This document shows, one piece after another, positions 48,589 through 57,669 of a stretch of DNA of 62,702 nucleotides. The notes under the pieces were generated by a model. It was given only the letters and a program-made list of their open reading frames with translations, was not told the DNA's origin and did not search any database. Origin of the DNA: Candidatus Sumerlaeia bacterium (GTDB taxonomy: Bacteria; Sumerlaeota; Sumerlaeia; SLMS01; JANRJK01); NCBI GenBank assembly GCA_033764015.1, contig JANRJK010000048.1:1-62702 (forward strand). The letters run 5' to 3'. The first letter of the stretch is position 1, and each line of letters begins with the position of its first letter. Both the position numbers and the translations under genes were made by a program.

Positions 48589-49359
48589 CTACTCCCGGAT
48601 GCGGCACGCGCGCCGCCACGCGAGGTAACCGCGCACACCGTAGTACGCGCCGAGAAGGCCGCTCCACGCCAGCAACGCGACCGCGGCGGCCGCCGACCAC
48701 TTTCCGAGGAACCCTTCGAAGATTTCCATCGCGAAGCTCATCGCGACAATCGTGGCGACGACGAGTCCAACCTCCATCCAAGGAATCCACTCCAGCCACC
48801 CGTCCCGGGCGGGATCGCTCCGGTTCGCGCCGAAGGCCGCCACCAGGCCGACCGAGTGGGCGAGCCAGCCGATAAGGACAGCGAACAGCCCGAACGCTTC
48901 CGGGGTGGGACCTCCCTGCGGGTACTCACTCCTCAGCAGGGACACGGAATAGGCGGACAGCAGCACCAGCGGAGCCGCCAGCGCGGGGCACAGACAGGCG
49001 GCGAGCGCGCCGTCCAAAGCGCGTCGGCGCCCGCTCCCGCGCACGGCCAGCCCTTCCCGGTCCTCCCCCGATGGCACCCATCTGGTCGTGCGCCAAGCGG
49101 TGTAGCCAACCCGGAGGGGGATCCAGCACATCGCCAGGAAAGGGGGAACGAAGCAGCCGAACAGGAATGCTTCCCCCCAATCCCACGGATGGGACCGATT
49201 GAAGAGATCCTCCGCTCCCACGGCGACCCAGCAGCCGCAAATCACGAGGAAAATCGCATCGAGCCCGTGGTCCACGACCCGCACGGCGATCCACCAGCAA
49301 AAGGTCGCGAACGTTTCCCCCGCCGCCGCCGCAGGATCCCATTCCCGATCCCGGTCCAT
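48589..49359 (-). CDS. Hypothetical polytopic membrane protein
   Basis: ATG at 49359, 8 nt after the upstream stop; about six hydrophobic Trp/Cys-rich segments; less GC-biased codons than its neighbours. Confidence 0.55.
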   Translation of the reverse strand: MDRDREWDPAAAAGETFATFCWWIAVRVVDHGLDAIFLVICGCWVAVGAEDLFNRSHPWDWGEAFLFGCFVPPFLAMCWIPLRVGYTAWRTTRWVPSGEDREGLAVRGSGRRRALDGALAACLCPALAAPLVLLSAYSVSLLRSEYPQGGPTPEAFGLFAVLIGWLAHSVGLVAAFGANRSDPARDGWLEWIPWMEVGLVVATIVAMSFAMEIFEGFLGKWSAAAAVALLAWSGLLGAYYGVRGYLAWRRACRIRE

Positions 49360-49367
49360 TCCCCCCC

Positions 49368-50588
49368 CTAGAAGATCGGCCGGTGGTCGAGCTGCATGTG
49401 CAGCTCGCGGTCCAGCCGTTCCGCCGTGGCGCTCCAGGTGTGCGTGCGCGCGTACTTCTGGCGCGCGGCGGCGAGCGGGCCGCCCGGCGCCTCCTTCAGC
49501 GCGCGCTGCAGCATCGCCGAAAACTGCGCCGGCGTCTCCGCCAGCAGCACCGCCCCGTCGCGCCCGATGTCCCGCGCGATGCGCCCCGCCTCCGGGATCC
49601 GCGTCGCCACCACCGGCTTCCCGCTCGCCAGGTACTCGTTCATCTTTTCCGGGTACATGCCGTCCGTGAACGGCGAGCGGTGGTGCGCCAGCAGCAGCAC
49701 CTCGGCCCGGTCGTAGAGGTGGGGGAACGCGGAGTACGGCACGCTGCCGAGGAAGTGGACCGCCGGATTCGCCTTCAGCTTCTGGAGCGAGTGCGCCGGG
49801 TACGCCGGGTCGATCTTCCCCGCGACCACCAGGTTCGCCGCGAAGCTGGACGAGATCATCTCGAGCACCTCCGGGTTCACGCGCGCGTCCAGCACGCCGC
49901 CGTAGACGATCCGGGGCGCCTCGATCGAGTCCATCCTCCGGATGAAGGGCACCGCCTCCTTCGTGGGCGAGACCCGCTTGTCGGCGATGAAGAAGTCCGC
50001 CACCGCGTTCTCCAGCAGCATCGACTTCCTCGCCAGCGAGTAGCGGCGCTGGAGCTGCGGCTCGCTGCTGCACAGCGCCAGATCCATCATGCGGAGCAGC
50101 TCGCGCTCCCAGCTCCACAGCGCCTCGCGCTGCGGCTCCGCGAGCGCGGGGCTCAGCGACAACTCGTCGTAGATGTGCGCCACGCGCATCGGCGCGCCGA
50201 CCTCGCGGACGCACCGGTTCAGGTGGCTGTGCCAAGGGGCGCCGAACCACAGCACCTCGGGCTGGTACTTCATCCCGTCGATGAACTTCTTCGTGCGCTT
50301 CCAAAGGAGTTCCGACGTCTTGCGGCGCCACCAGTCGCCGGTGTCGGTCGGCGGCGCCTTGCGCACCGCGAAGGGGGGCACCCACGGCGCGCCGAACACG
50401 GTGAAGTCGCGGTCCGCCGCCTTCCAGACCGCGGCCTTCGCGCGCAGCATGATCGGCGGTTCGACGTAGACGACCCGGTGCCCGCGCCCCGCGAGCGACC
50501 AGAGATGGTAGCGCGGCGAGCCGGCGAACTCGGGCCAGCCCCAGAGTCCCGGCGAGAAGGCCAGTATCTTGAGCGGGCGCAGGCTCAT
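49368..50588 (-). CDS. GT-B glycosyltransferase (GT4/TuaH-like)
   Basis: 'GHRVVYVEPP', 'YDE', 'LENAV', 'VHFLG.VPY', 'PEKMNEYLASGKPVVAT'. Confidence 0.85.
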   Translation of the reverse strand: MSLRPLKILAFSPGLWGWPEFAGSPRYHLWSLAGRGHRVVYVEPPIMLRAKAAVWKAADRDFTVFGAPWVPPFAVRKAPPTDTGDWWRRKTSELLWKRTKKFIDGMKYQPEVLWFGAPWHSHLNRCVREVGAPMRVAHIYDELSLSPALAEPQREALWSWERELLRMMDLALCSSEPQLQRRYSLARKSMLLENAVADFFIADKRVSPTKEAVPFIRRMDSIEAPRIVYGGVLDARVNPEVLEMISSSFAANLVVAGKIDPAYPAHSLQKLKANPAVHFLGSVPYSAFPHLYDRAEVLLLAHHRSPFTDGMYPEKMNEYLASGKPVVATRIPEAGRIARDIGRDGAVLLAETPAQFSAMLQRALKEAPGGPLAAARQKYARTHTWSATAERLDRELHMQLDHRPIF

Positions 50589-50685
50589 CGATCGGGGGCG
50601 GCGGGTTCGCTTTCGGGGCGGGATGCGGAGCGGCTGTATGGCACCCGGCGCGGGCCCGCGCCGCAAACCGAAAGCCCCGGCCCGT

Positions 50686-51564
50686 TCAGCGCCGCAGCGC
50701 CGTTTTCATTCCGAAGTCGCAGGCGCGCGCCGAATGCGTCAGCGCGCCGACGCTAACCCGCCGGATTCCCAGCGCCGCCAGCGCCGGCAACCGCTCCAGC
50801 GTGATGCCTCCGGTCGCCTCGATGTCCGCCCGGTCCCCGATCAGCGCCACCGCCCGGGCCATCTCCGCGTCCGCCATGTTGTCCAGCATGATCAAGTCCA
50901 CGCCCTCGTCGAGCGCCGCGCGGACCTCGTCCAGGTCGCGCGCCTCCGCCGCCACGGGCACCCGTCCGCGCAGGCCCCGCAGCCGGGCCAGCGCCGCGCG
51001 CAGCCCCCCCGCCGCGTCCGCGTGCGTGTCCTTCACCATCGCCATGTCGTAAAGGCCGATCCGGTGGTTCGCGCCGCCGCCGCAGCGCACCGCGTACTTG
51101 TCCAGGTGCCGCCAGCCGGGGTTCGTCTTCCGCGTGTCGCACACCTTCAGCGACGGCCCCGCCGCCTGCGCGTAGCGCGCCGTCAGCGTCGCGATCCCCG
51201 AGAGGCGCTGGAGGAAGTTCAGCACCGTGCGCTCGCAGGCGAGCACCGCCCGCGCGCTACCGGTCAGCCGCAGCACCGGCGTCCCCGCCCCCACCCGGTC
51301 GCCGTCCGCCGCCAGCGGATCGAGCGACACCGCGCCCAGCCCCGCGGCCGCCTCGAACACCAGCGGCGCCAGCGGCAGCCCGCACAGCGCCAGGTCCTCG
51401 CGCGCGGAAATCTCCGCCTCCGCCGCCGCGCCCGCCGGGAAGATCGCGTCGGTCGTCACGTCGCCGGCGGCGCCGAGGTCCTCCGCCAGCGCCTCCGCCA
51501 CGTGGCGGCGCAGCTCCGGCGAGTCGGGGAAGTGGAAGCGGTCCAAGCCCGGCGCGCCGCTCAA
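50686..51564 (-). CDS. nadC: Quinolinate phosphoribosyltransferase
   Basis: 'EDLG..GDVTT', 'ER..LNFLQRLSGIAT', 'DTRKT.PG.R', 'NHR.GLYD', 'KD.H', 'IMLDNM', 'EATGGI', 'SVGALTHS'. TTG start overlaps the upstream TGA. Confidence 0.95.
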   Translation of the reverse strand: MSGAPGLDRFHFPDSPELRRHVAEALAEDLGAAGDVTTDAIFPAGAAAEAEISAREDLALCGLPLAPLVFEAAAGLGAVSLDPLAADGDRVGAGTPVLRLTGSARAVLACERTVLNFLQRLSGIATLTARYAQAAGPSLKVCDTRKTNPGWRHLDKYAVRCGGGANHRIGLYDMAMVKDTHADAAGGLRAALARLRGLRGRVPVAAEARDLDEVRAALDEGVDLIMLDNMADAEMARAVALIGDRADIEATGGITLERLPALAALGIRRVSVGALTHSARACDFGMKTALRR

Positions 51565-53654
51565 TGGCCGCCCAGTTCCTGCAGCCGCCGCCAGAGGAGG
51601 TTCAGGAACAGACCGACGTCCGTCACCACCGGGATCGCGTCGAGCGAGCCGCGGTCCATCAGCTTCGTCGCCACCGAGGAGTTGATGTCCACGCAGACCA
51701 GCCGCACGCCCGCCGGCGTCATGTTGCCGACGCCGATGGAATGCAGCATCGAGCTGAGCAGCAGGATGATCTCCGCCCCCTGGATCGCGTCCATGTAGCG
51801 CGACTGCGCCTCGACCAGGTCCATGATGGTGTCGGGCAGCGGCCCGTCGTCGCGGATCGAACCCGCCAGCACGAAGGGGATGTCCTCCTCGACCAGCGTG
51901 TGGAAGAGCCCCGAGCGCACCACGCCCTGCTCCACGGCGGCGCGGATCGAACCGCAGCGCCGCACTGCGTTGATCGCGGTGATGTGGTGCATGTGCCCGC
52001 CGTGCACCGGCGCCCCCTGCTTCAGGTTCACCCCGAGGCTCGTGCCGTAGAGCGAGTTCTCGATGTCGTGCACCGCGATCGCGTTGCCGCCGAGCAGCGC
52101 CGAGATGTAGCCCGCGCGCGCCAGCTTCTCCAGATAGGGCGCGCCGCCCGTGTGGACCACCACCGGGCCCGCGCAGACAACGATCCGCCCTTCGCGCTGG
52201 CGCACCCGCCACATCTCCCACGCCACCTTGTCCACCGCCGTCTCGACCCGGCGCTCCGAGGAGACCTGCGAGGACATGAAGGCGAAGTGGCCGGGAGCCC
52301 CGTCCTCCTCCTCCTGCTGCCGCGCCACATGCACCGCGATGCCGTCGGAGCCCACCACCACCAGCTCGCCGGCGCGCAGGTCGCGGATCAGCCGCACCAC
52401 CGCCGAGCGCGCGGCCGGATCCACGACGATCACGCCGTCCATGCGCTGCCGCGCGATCGGGATCCAAGAGCCGTCGCCGAGGCACACCTCCGTGCGGTAG
52501 ATCGTCGTTCCGTAGAACCCCTCCGGCGCGACGCCGTCCATTTCCACCGCCGCCAGCCGCGCCGGCGTCGGCGCGTCGGCCCTCGGCACGCCCCCCTTCG
52601 ACACCAGTAGCGCCACGATCCGGTCCAGCAGTTCCTCGTCCGGCGCCTCCACGCGCGCCGTGATCCGGGCCTCCCGCTGCGGACGCCGCGCCGGATCCAG
52701 GCTCAGCACATGGAAGCTGCCTCCCTCGGCGTGCACCAGCGCGAGCGCCTCCTCGAGCAGGCGCGGCTCGAAACGCGGCGTGGCGAAGTCCACATCGCGC
52801 CGCGCCAGCACGCGCCGCCGCGCCGACGAGTCGACCCGCCGCACCGTCGCCGAGAGGTCCAGCGCCAGCGTCCGCGGCCCGGCGTCGCGCCGCGCGAAGC
52901 TCGAAAGCCGCAGCGCCTCCGGCCGCATCCCCCACTCGCCGAGCACCGACTCCAGTTCGCGGCTAGCGTGGTGCGTGAAGAACACGCGACCCACCGCCAG
53001 CCCGAGGCACGCCAGCCGCACCGCGTCGTGCGCCGAAACGGCGTAGCGCTCCGCCGGCGGCACGCGCCGCTCCAGCTCGCGCCGCGAGCGCTCGTCGAAC
53101 GCGTCCGGGTAGTAGAGCACCCGCCCGCCGCCCACCGGGCAGAGGCAGGTCTCGAGGCGCGCGAAGCGCTCGTCCACGATGCGCAGCGGCACCACCTCGG
53201 TCTCGAGCACCCCGGCGAGGAACTCGCCGGCCTCCAACGCGGTCGCGTGGCCGTAGCCGAGCCAAAGCACGCCGCGCTCGAGGTCCGCCGCGCAGTCCGC
53301 CGCGCCCCCGAACCAAAGCCCTTCGCGCGGTTCGACCACTTGGAAGCCCGCTTCGGCGAACCAGCGCCGCAGCACCGGGGCCTCCGGGCCGCGCCCCGCG
53401 CCGCGCGGGTTCGCGAGCACCGCCTTCCCGTCCGCCGCCAGCGCGTGCCTCCCCAGGCACGCCAGCGCCGGCGCCGCCTCCGACGGCGGCAGCTCGCGCA
53501 CCGACGCCCGCTTCGACAGCGCGTCGCGGAACGCCGCCCATTGCTGCGGCGCCAAGTCGATGTGTCCCGAGTCGCCGGGCTCGCCCGCCATGCCCGGACC
53601 GGGAAACTGCCGGTGGAAGTACACCGGCGCACTCACCAGAAAGGTCGGTTCCAT
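51561..53654 (-). CDS. ArgZ/AgrE-type fusion: degenerate amidinotransferase domain + TIGR00300-type ornithine cyclodeaminase domain
   Basis: C-terminal 'FMSSQVSSER', 'GPVVVHTGG', 'GNAIAVHDIE..LYGTSLG', 'LAGSIRDDGPLPD', 'MLHSIGVGN', 'KLMDRGS'. The N-terminal pentein-like domain has substituted catalytic residues. Confidence 0.85.
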   Translation of the reverse strand: MEPTFLVSAPVYFHRQFPGPGMAGEPGDSGHIDLAPQQWAAFRDALSKRASVRELPPSEAAPALACLGRHALAADGKAVLANPRGAGRGPEAPVLRRWFAEAGFQVVEPREGLWFGGAADCAADLERGVLWLGYGHATALEAGEFLAGVLETEVVPLRIVDERFARLETCLCPVGGGRVLYYPDAFDERSRRELERRVPPAERYAVSAHDAVRLACLGLAVGRVFFTHHASRELESVLGEWGMRPEALRLSSFARRDAGPRTLALDLSATVRRVDSSARRRVLARRDVDFATPRFEPRLLEEALALVHAEGGSFHVLSLDPARRPQREARITARVEAPDEELLDRIVALLVSKGGVPRADAPTPARLAAVEMDGVAPEGFYGTTIYRTEVCLGDGSWIPIARQRMDGVIVVDPAARSAVVRLIRDLRAGELVVVGSDGIAVHVARQQEEEDGAPGHFAFMSSQVSSERRVETAVDKVAWEMWRVRQREGRIVVCAGPVVVHTGGAPYLEKLARAGYISALLGGNAIAVHDIENSLYGTSLGVNLKQGAPVHGGHMHHITAINAVRRCGSIRAAVEQGVVRSGLFHTLVEEDIPFVLAGSIRDDGPLPDTIMDLVEAQSRYMDAIQGAEIILLLSSMLHSIGVGNMTPAGVRLVCVDINSSVATKLMDRGSLDAIPVVTDVGLFLNLLWRRLQELGGH

Positions 53655-53832
53655 CGCGCCCTCGTCGCCTCGCCAACGGGGGTTGAACCACAGGTTCGGG
53701 TGCGTCGGCAACCGCGATGTGTAGCGGCGCCCGGGGCGCCGGCCCCTTGGGCCGCGGCGGAATCCGCGGCCGACCCCCGGTCGCTTTTCCTTGACCGCGG
53801 CGGGGCGCGAAGGTTCTCGTGCGTGGCTTCGG

Positions 53833-53908
53833 GCCGGTGTAGCTCAGCTGGTAGAGCATCGCATTCGTAATGCGAGGGTCCGCGGTTCGAGTCCGCGCAT
53901 CGGCTCCA
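53833..53908 (+). tRNA. tRNA-Thr (anticodon CGT)
   Basis: GCCGGTG/CATCGGC acceptor stem, D-arm GCTC-AGCTGGTA-GAGC, anticodon arm TCGCA-TTCGTAA-TGCGA, GTTCGAG T-loop, CCA end. TTGACC upstream at 53791. Confidence 0.97.
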
Positions 53909-53972
53909 GAAACTGTTTGCCGCACGCCCCGGTTCCCGCCGGGGCGTTCGCGTTTGGAGGCGCCGAAGCCCG

Positions 53973-54965
53973 ATGAGCACACGACGCGCGCTGGTGACGG
54001 GGGCCACCGGGTTCCTCGGCGGGCATCTCTGCGAGCGCCTGCGCGCGGAGGGTTGGACCGTCGACGCGCTCGTGCGCCCCGGCAGCAACCGCAAGGTGCT
54101 GCGCGCCGCCGGCTGCCAGCTCGTCGACGGCGATGTCGGCCAGACCAACGTCATCGCCCGGGCGGCGGAGGCCGCCGACGCCGTCTTCCACCTCGCGGGC
54201 CTCACGCAGTCCGCCACCGCCGCGGGCTTCATGGAAGTGAATGCGGAAGGCACCGCGAGCGTCGTCACCGGCCTCGAACGCGCCGGCTTCGAAGGGCGCC
54301 TCGTCGTGGTGAGCAGCCTCGCCGCAGGCGGCCCCGCCCCCGCCGGACGCCCCCGCGTCGAATCCGACAAGGACGCGCCCATCAGCGACTACGGCCGCAG
54401 CAAGCTCGCCGGCGAGCAGGCCGTCCTCACCCGCCCGCGCAGGTTCGCCACCGCCATCGTCCGCCCCGGCGCCATCTACGGACCCCGCGAGCGCGGCATC
54501 CTCGAGGTGTTCCGCGGCATCGCCCGCCACGGCGTCGCGCTCAAGCCGAACCTCCCCCTCTCCCTCCAGATGACGCATGTGGACGACATCGTCTCCGCCG
54601 TGATCGCCGCGCTCGAGGTCGCCTCCGCCGACGCGCCGCCACGCTTCTACACGGTCGAGCCCGAGGTCTGGACCTACGAGGACGTCTGCCACGAGGCGGC
54701 CGACGCCCTCGGGCGCAAGCTCCGCATCCTCAACGTCCCCGTCTGGGCCGCGAAGGTCGTCGGCAACACGGTGGACGGCATCGAGCGGCTCACCGGGCGC
54801 AAGGTGGCCCCCCTCGGCCGCGACAAGGTCCGCGAGATGGAGGCGGTGGCCTGGCTGGCGGACAGCGCCGCCTTCCGCGCCGCGACCGGCTGGCGGGCCG
54901 CGGTCCCCTTCCCGGAGGGCGTCGCCTCGACGCTCGAGTGGGCGAAGAAGGCCGGCCAGTTGTAG
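53973..54965 (+). CDS. NAD-dependent epimerase/dehydratase (extended SDR)
   Basis: 'VTGATGFLG', 'FHLAG', 'SSLAA', 'YGRSK', 'RPGAIYGP', 'HVDD'. Confidence 0.9.
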   Translation: MSTRRALVTGATGFLGGHLCERLRAEGWTVDALVRPGSNRKVLRAAGCQLVDGDVGQTNVIARAAEAADAVFHLAGLTQSATAAGFMEVNAEGTASVVTGLERAGFEGRLVVVSSLAAGGPAPAGRPRVESDKDAPISDYGRSKLAGEQAVLTRPRRFATAIVRPGAIYGPRERGILEVFRGIARHGVALKPNLPLSLQMTHVDDIVSAVIAALEVASADAPPRFYTVEPEVWTYEDVCHEAADALGRKLRILNVPVWAAKVVGNTVDGIERLTGRKVAPLGRDKVREMEAVAWLADSAAFRAATGWRAAVPFPEGVASTLEWAKKAGQL

Positions 54966-55064
54966 CCCCCGCCGCGGGTCGATTTTCCGTGCGCCACCCC
55001 GCCCCCCGCCCTTGACTTCCCCACGGGCGCCAGGCGCCCAGACTTTCGCAAGGTGGTGCGGGCT

Positions 55065-55808
55065 ATGGGACGCTTCGACGGCAAGGTGGCGATTGTGACG
55101 GGCGCGGGGCGCGGCATCGGCCGCGAGATCGCCCTGCGGTTCGCGGCGGAGGGCGCGGCGGTGCTCGTCAATTCCGCCCGCGCCGAATCCTGCGGCGCCG
55201 TCGCCCAGGAGATCGCCGCCGCGGGCGGACGCGCGCTCGCCGTCGGCGGCGACGTCGGCACCGCCGAGGTCGCCCAGTCGCTCGTCGACCGCGCCGTCGC
55301 CGAGCTCGGCGGCCTCCACTTCCTCGTCAACAACGCCGGCATCACCCGCGACATGCTCCTGATGCGCCTCAAGGAGGAGGACTGGGACGAGGTGCTCCGC
55401 GTGAACCTCAAGTCCGCCTTCCTCCTCTCCCGCGCCGCGATCAAGCCCATGATGAAGCAGCGCCACGGACGCATCGTGAACGTCGCCAGCATCGTCGGCG
55501 TGATCGGCAACCCCGGGCAGGCCAACTACTGCGCCGCCAAAGCCGGCATGATCGGCTTCGGCAAGTCCCTCGCGAAGGAGCTCGGCAGCCGCAACATCAC
55601 CGTCAACGCGGTCGCCCCGGGCTTCATCGAAACCGACATGACGTCCTCGCTGCCCGCGGAGCTCCGCGAGAAGATGAAGGCCGAAACCCCGCTCGGGCGC
55701 CTCGGCACCTCGGCCGACGTCGCCGGGCCCGTGCTCTTCCTGTGCTCGGACGAAGCGGCGTACATCACCGGCGGCGTGCTCGAGGTGGCGGGCGGTCTGG
55801 GGATGTAA
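55065..55808 (+). CDS. fabG: 3-oxoacyl-ACP reductase
   Basis: 'TGAGRGIG', 'NNAGITRD.LLMR', 'GNPGQANYCAAKAG', 'VAPGFIETDMT'. Confidence 0.92.
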   Translation: MGRFDGKVAIVTGAGRGIGREIALRFAAEGAAVLVNSARAESCGAVAQEIAAAGGRALAVGGDVGTAEVAQSLVDRAVAELGGLHFLVNNAGITRDMLLMRLKEEDWDEVLRVNLKSAFLLSRAAIKPMMKQRHGRIVNVASIVGVIGNPGQANYCAAKAGMIGFGKSLAKELGSRNITVNAVAPGFIETDMTSSLPAELREKMKAETPLGRLGTSADVAGPVLFLCSDEAAYITGGVLEVAGGLGM

Positions 55809-55897
55809 GTCCGGAATTGGGCTTGCGCGCGCCGGGCGCAATTCGCCTATTCTTCGCCATGCTTCGGCTGACTCCCAAACCATCGAGGAACCCTCCC

Positions 55898-56371
55898 ATG
55901 GCCGCCCACCACGCCAAATGGATCAAGGAAGTGCAGGATTTCTTCAACCGCTCGACGCGCATCTTCGACGAGGCGGACGCCAACTTCGCCCCCGTCCCCG
56001 GAATGTTCAACGTCGCCGCGCAGGTGATGCACACGGCGCTCACCGTCGAGTGGTTCGCCGAAGGCGCCTTCCGCCCGGAGGGGTTTTCGATGGACTTCGA
56101 GGAGCACGACCGCCTCGCCCGCGGCGTCGCCTCCCTGGCGGACGCCCGCGCCCGCCTCGACAGCGCCTTCGCCCATGCCGCGGAGGTGTTCGGCTCGAAG
56201 ACCGACGCGGAGCTGATGGAGCCGCTGCCCCCCGGCATGGTCATGGGCGGCGAGCCCAGGATCGCGGTCCTCTCCGGAATCGAAGACCACACGGCGCACC
56301 ACCGCGGCGCGCTGACCGTGTACGCCCGGCTCCTCGGCAAGACGCCGCCGATGCCCTACATGGAGATGTGA
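55898..56371 (+). CDS. DinB family protein
   Basis: His ligands 'QVMH' and 'DHTAHHRG.L.VY.RLLG..PP'. Confidence 0.88.
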   Translation: MAAHHAKWIKEVQDFFNRSTRIFDEADANFAPVPGMFNVAAQVMHTALTVEWFAEGAFRPEGFSMDFEEHDRLARGVASLADARARLDSAFAHAAEVFGSKTDAELMEPLPPGMVMGGEPRIAVLSGIEDHTAHHRGALTVYARLLGKTPPMPYMEM

Positions 56372-57669
56372 TGGCTGCGAGGCGGGCCGCCGCGTTGCTC
56401 GCGCTGGTGCTGCTGCTTCTCGCGGCGGCGCCGGCGCAGGACGCCCCCCCGGCGGGGAGCGGCCGCCCCCCCGCGCCGCTCGTCTGGCTGCAGCGCTACG
56501 AACTCGCCTGGGGCGTCGGCGGCCTCTACGTGCTCGGCGAAGGAGACCCGGACGATCCGGCGGCCCCATCCCGGCAGAACCTGCTGGCGCTGACGCTCGC
56601 CGGTAGGCGCCTCGCGGACGAGACCCCCGGCATCGCGCCCAACTTCACCATGCTCCGAGCCGCCGGCTATATGCCCGCGCTCCTCGAACCCGCACCCGTC
56701 GACACCTACTCCTGGAACGCCGAGACCCGCCGCTTCGAAAGCAGCCTCGGCCCGCCGCACGACCTCGCCACCGGCGCGCGGCGCAACATCGCGGCCGCCC
56801 AGATCCTCCGCGGGCGCTACGCGCGCCCCACGCAGCTCGTCCGCGACCGCTGGGCGAAGCTCGCCGACGATCCGCAACTGCCGCAGGCCCTGCAGCGCGA
56901 GCTGACCGCCCGCGCCGTCATCGACACCGTCTGGGAGTCGCGCGCGGTCCTCGAATGCCGCGCCTGCCTCGCGAACCGCGAGGAGATCGAACGCGCCGCC
57001 ACCATGTACGGCCAGCTCCACGGCTTCGATGCGGAGCGGACCACCTCCATGGGCGAGCTCGACCGCGCGGGCCTGCTCGGCGACGTCGCCGCCTGCCCCG
57101 CGGGGGGGAAGTACTCCATCGCCGCCATCGGCGGCCCGGCGGTCTGCAGCCTCGGCGGCCCCCACGGCAAGCGTGGCGAGGAGGGCCTGCGCGCGATCCG
57201 CGAGGCGGACATCGTGCGGCTCGCGGCGGAGCGCCCGGACGACCCGCCGCGCATGGCGCTCGCCGCCCGCATGATGGAGCCCGCCGCCGCGCTGGAGACG
57301 CTGGACCGCGCCGCCGCGCTCTGGCCCGACACGCCCCTGCTGCGGCTGGAGCGCCTGGCGCACCTCGCCCGCGCCGGTCGCGTGGACCTGTTCGAGCCCG
57401 ACCTCGTGTTCCTCGTGGAGAACTTTCCGGCCGCGCCGGTGCTCGCGCAGGCGACGCTCGCAACCGCGCTGGGGCCCTACGAGGCGGATGCGGCGTCCCG
57501 CGCGGAGATGGCCGCCATCGCGGCGGACGCCCGCCCCGACGTCCTGCCGCTGCAGCTCGCCGCGATCGAATGGGCGCTGGCCGCCGGGCGCATCGAGGAG
57601 GCCCGCCGCCTGCGCGCGCGCCTCGCCGCAGCCAACCCGGGCTACGACGACGCGCTGCCCGCCTTCTGA
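56371..57669 (+). CDS. Secreted hypothetical protein with two pilin-like modules and TPR-like C-terminus
   Basis: ATG overlaps the DinB stop; Sec signal peptide; 'C..N...I..A...Y...CPAGGKY.......CS...HG' module. Confidence 0.6.
   Translation: MAARRAAALLALVLLLLAAAPAQDAPPAGSGRPPAPLVWLQRYELAWGVGGLYVLGEGDPDDPAAPSRQNLLALTLAGRRLADETPGIAPNFTMLRAAGYMPALLEPAPVDTYSWNAETRRFESSLGPPHDLATGARRNIAAAQILRGRYARPTQLVRDRWAKLADDPQLPQALQRELTARAVIDTVWESRAVLECRACLANREEIERAATMYGQLHGFDAERTTSMGELDRAGLLGDVAACPAGGKYSIAAIGGPAVCSLGGPHGKRGEEGLRAIREADIVRLAAERPDDPPRMALAARMMEPAAALETLDRAAALWPDTPLLRLERLAHLARAGRVDLFEPDLVFLVENFPAAPVLAQATLATALGPYEADAASRAEMAAIAADARPDVLPLQLAAIEWALAAGRIEEARRLRARLAAANPGYDDALPAF

Noticed and set aside
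48589..50385. 598-aa ORF as a single gene; similarly the extended ORF-track versions 17058-19460, 22702-24849, 25526-27337, 27423-30110 and 50686-52935
   Set aside because: The N-terminal extensions overlap real genes in other frames; internal starts with an RBS, signal peptide or family N-terminus fit better.
55012..55044. Apparent 21-nt spacer promoters (TTGACT...CAGACT at fabG; TTGACG...TATGGT at the amylase)
   Set aside because: Other candidate promoters in the window fit a normal 17-nt spacer and the amylase site has an alternative 18-nt reading; two cases are too few.
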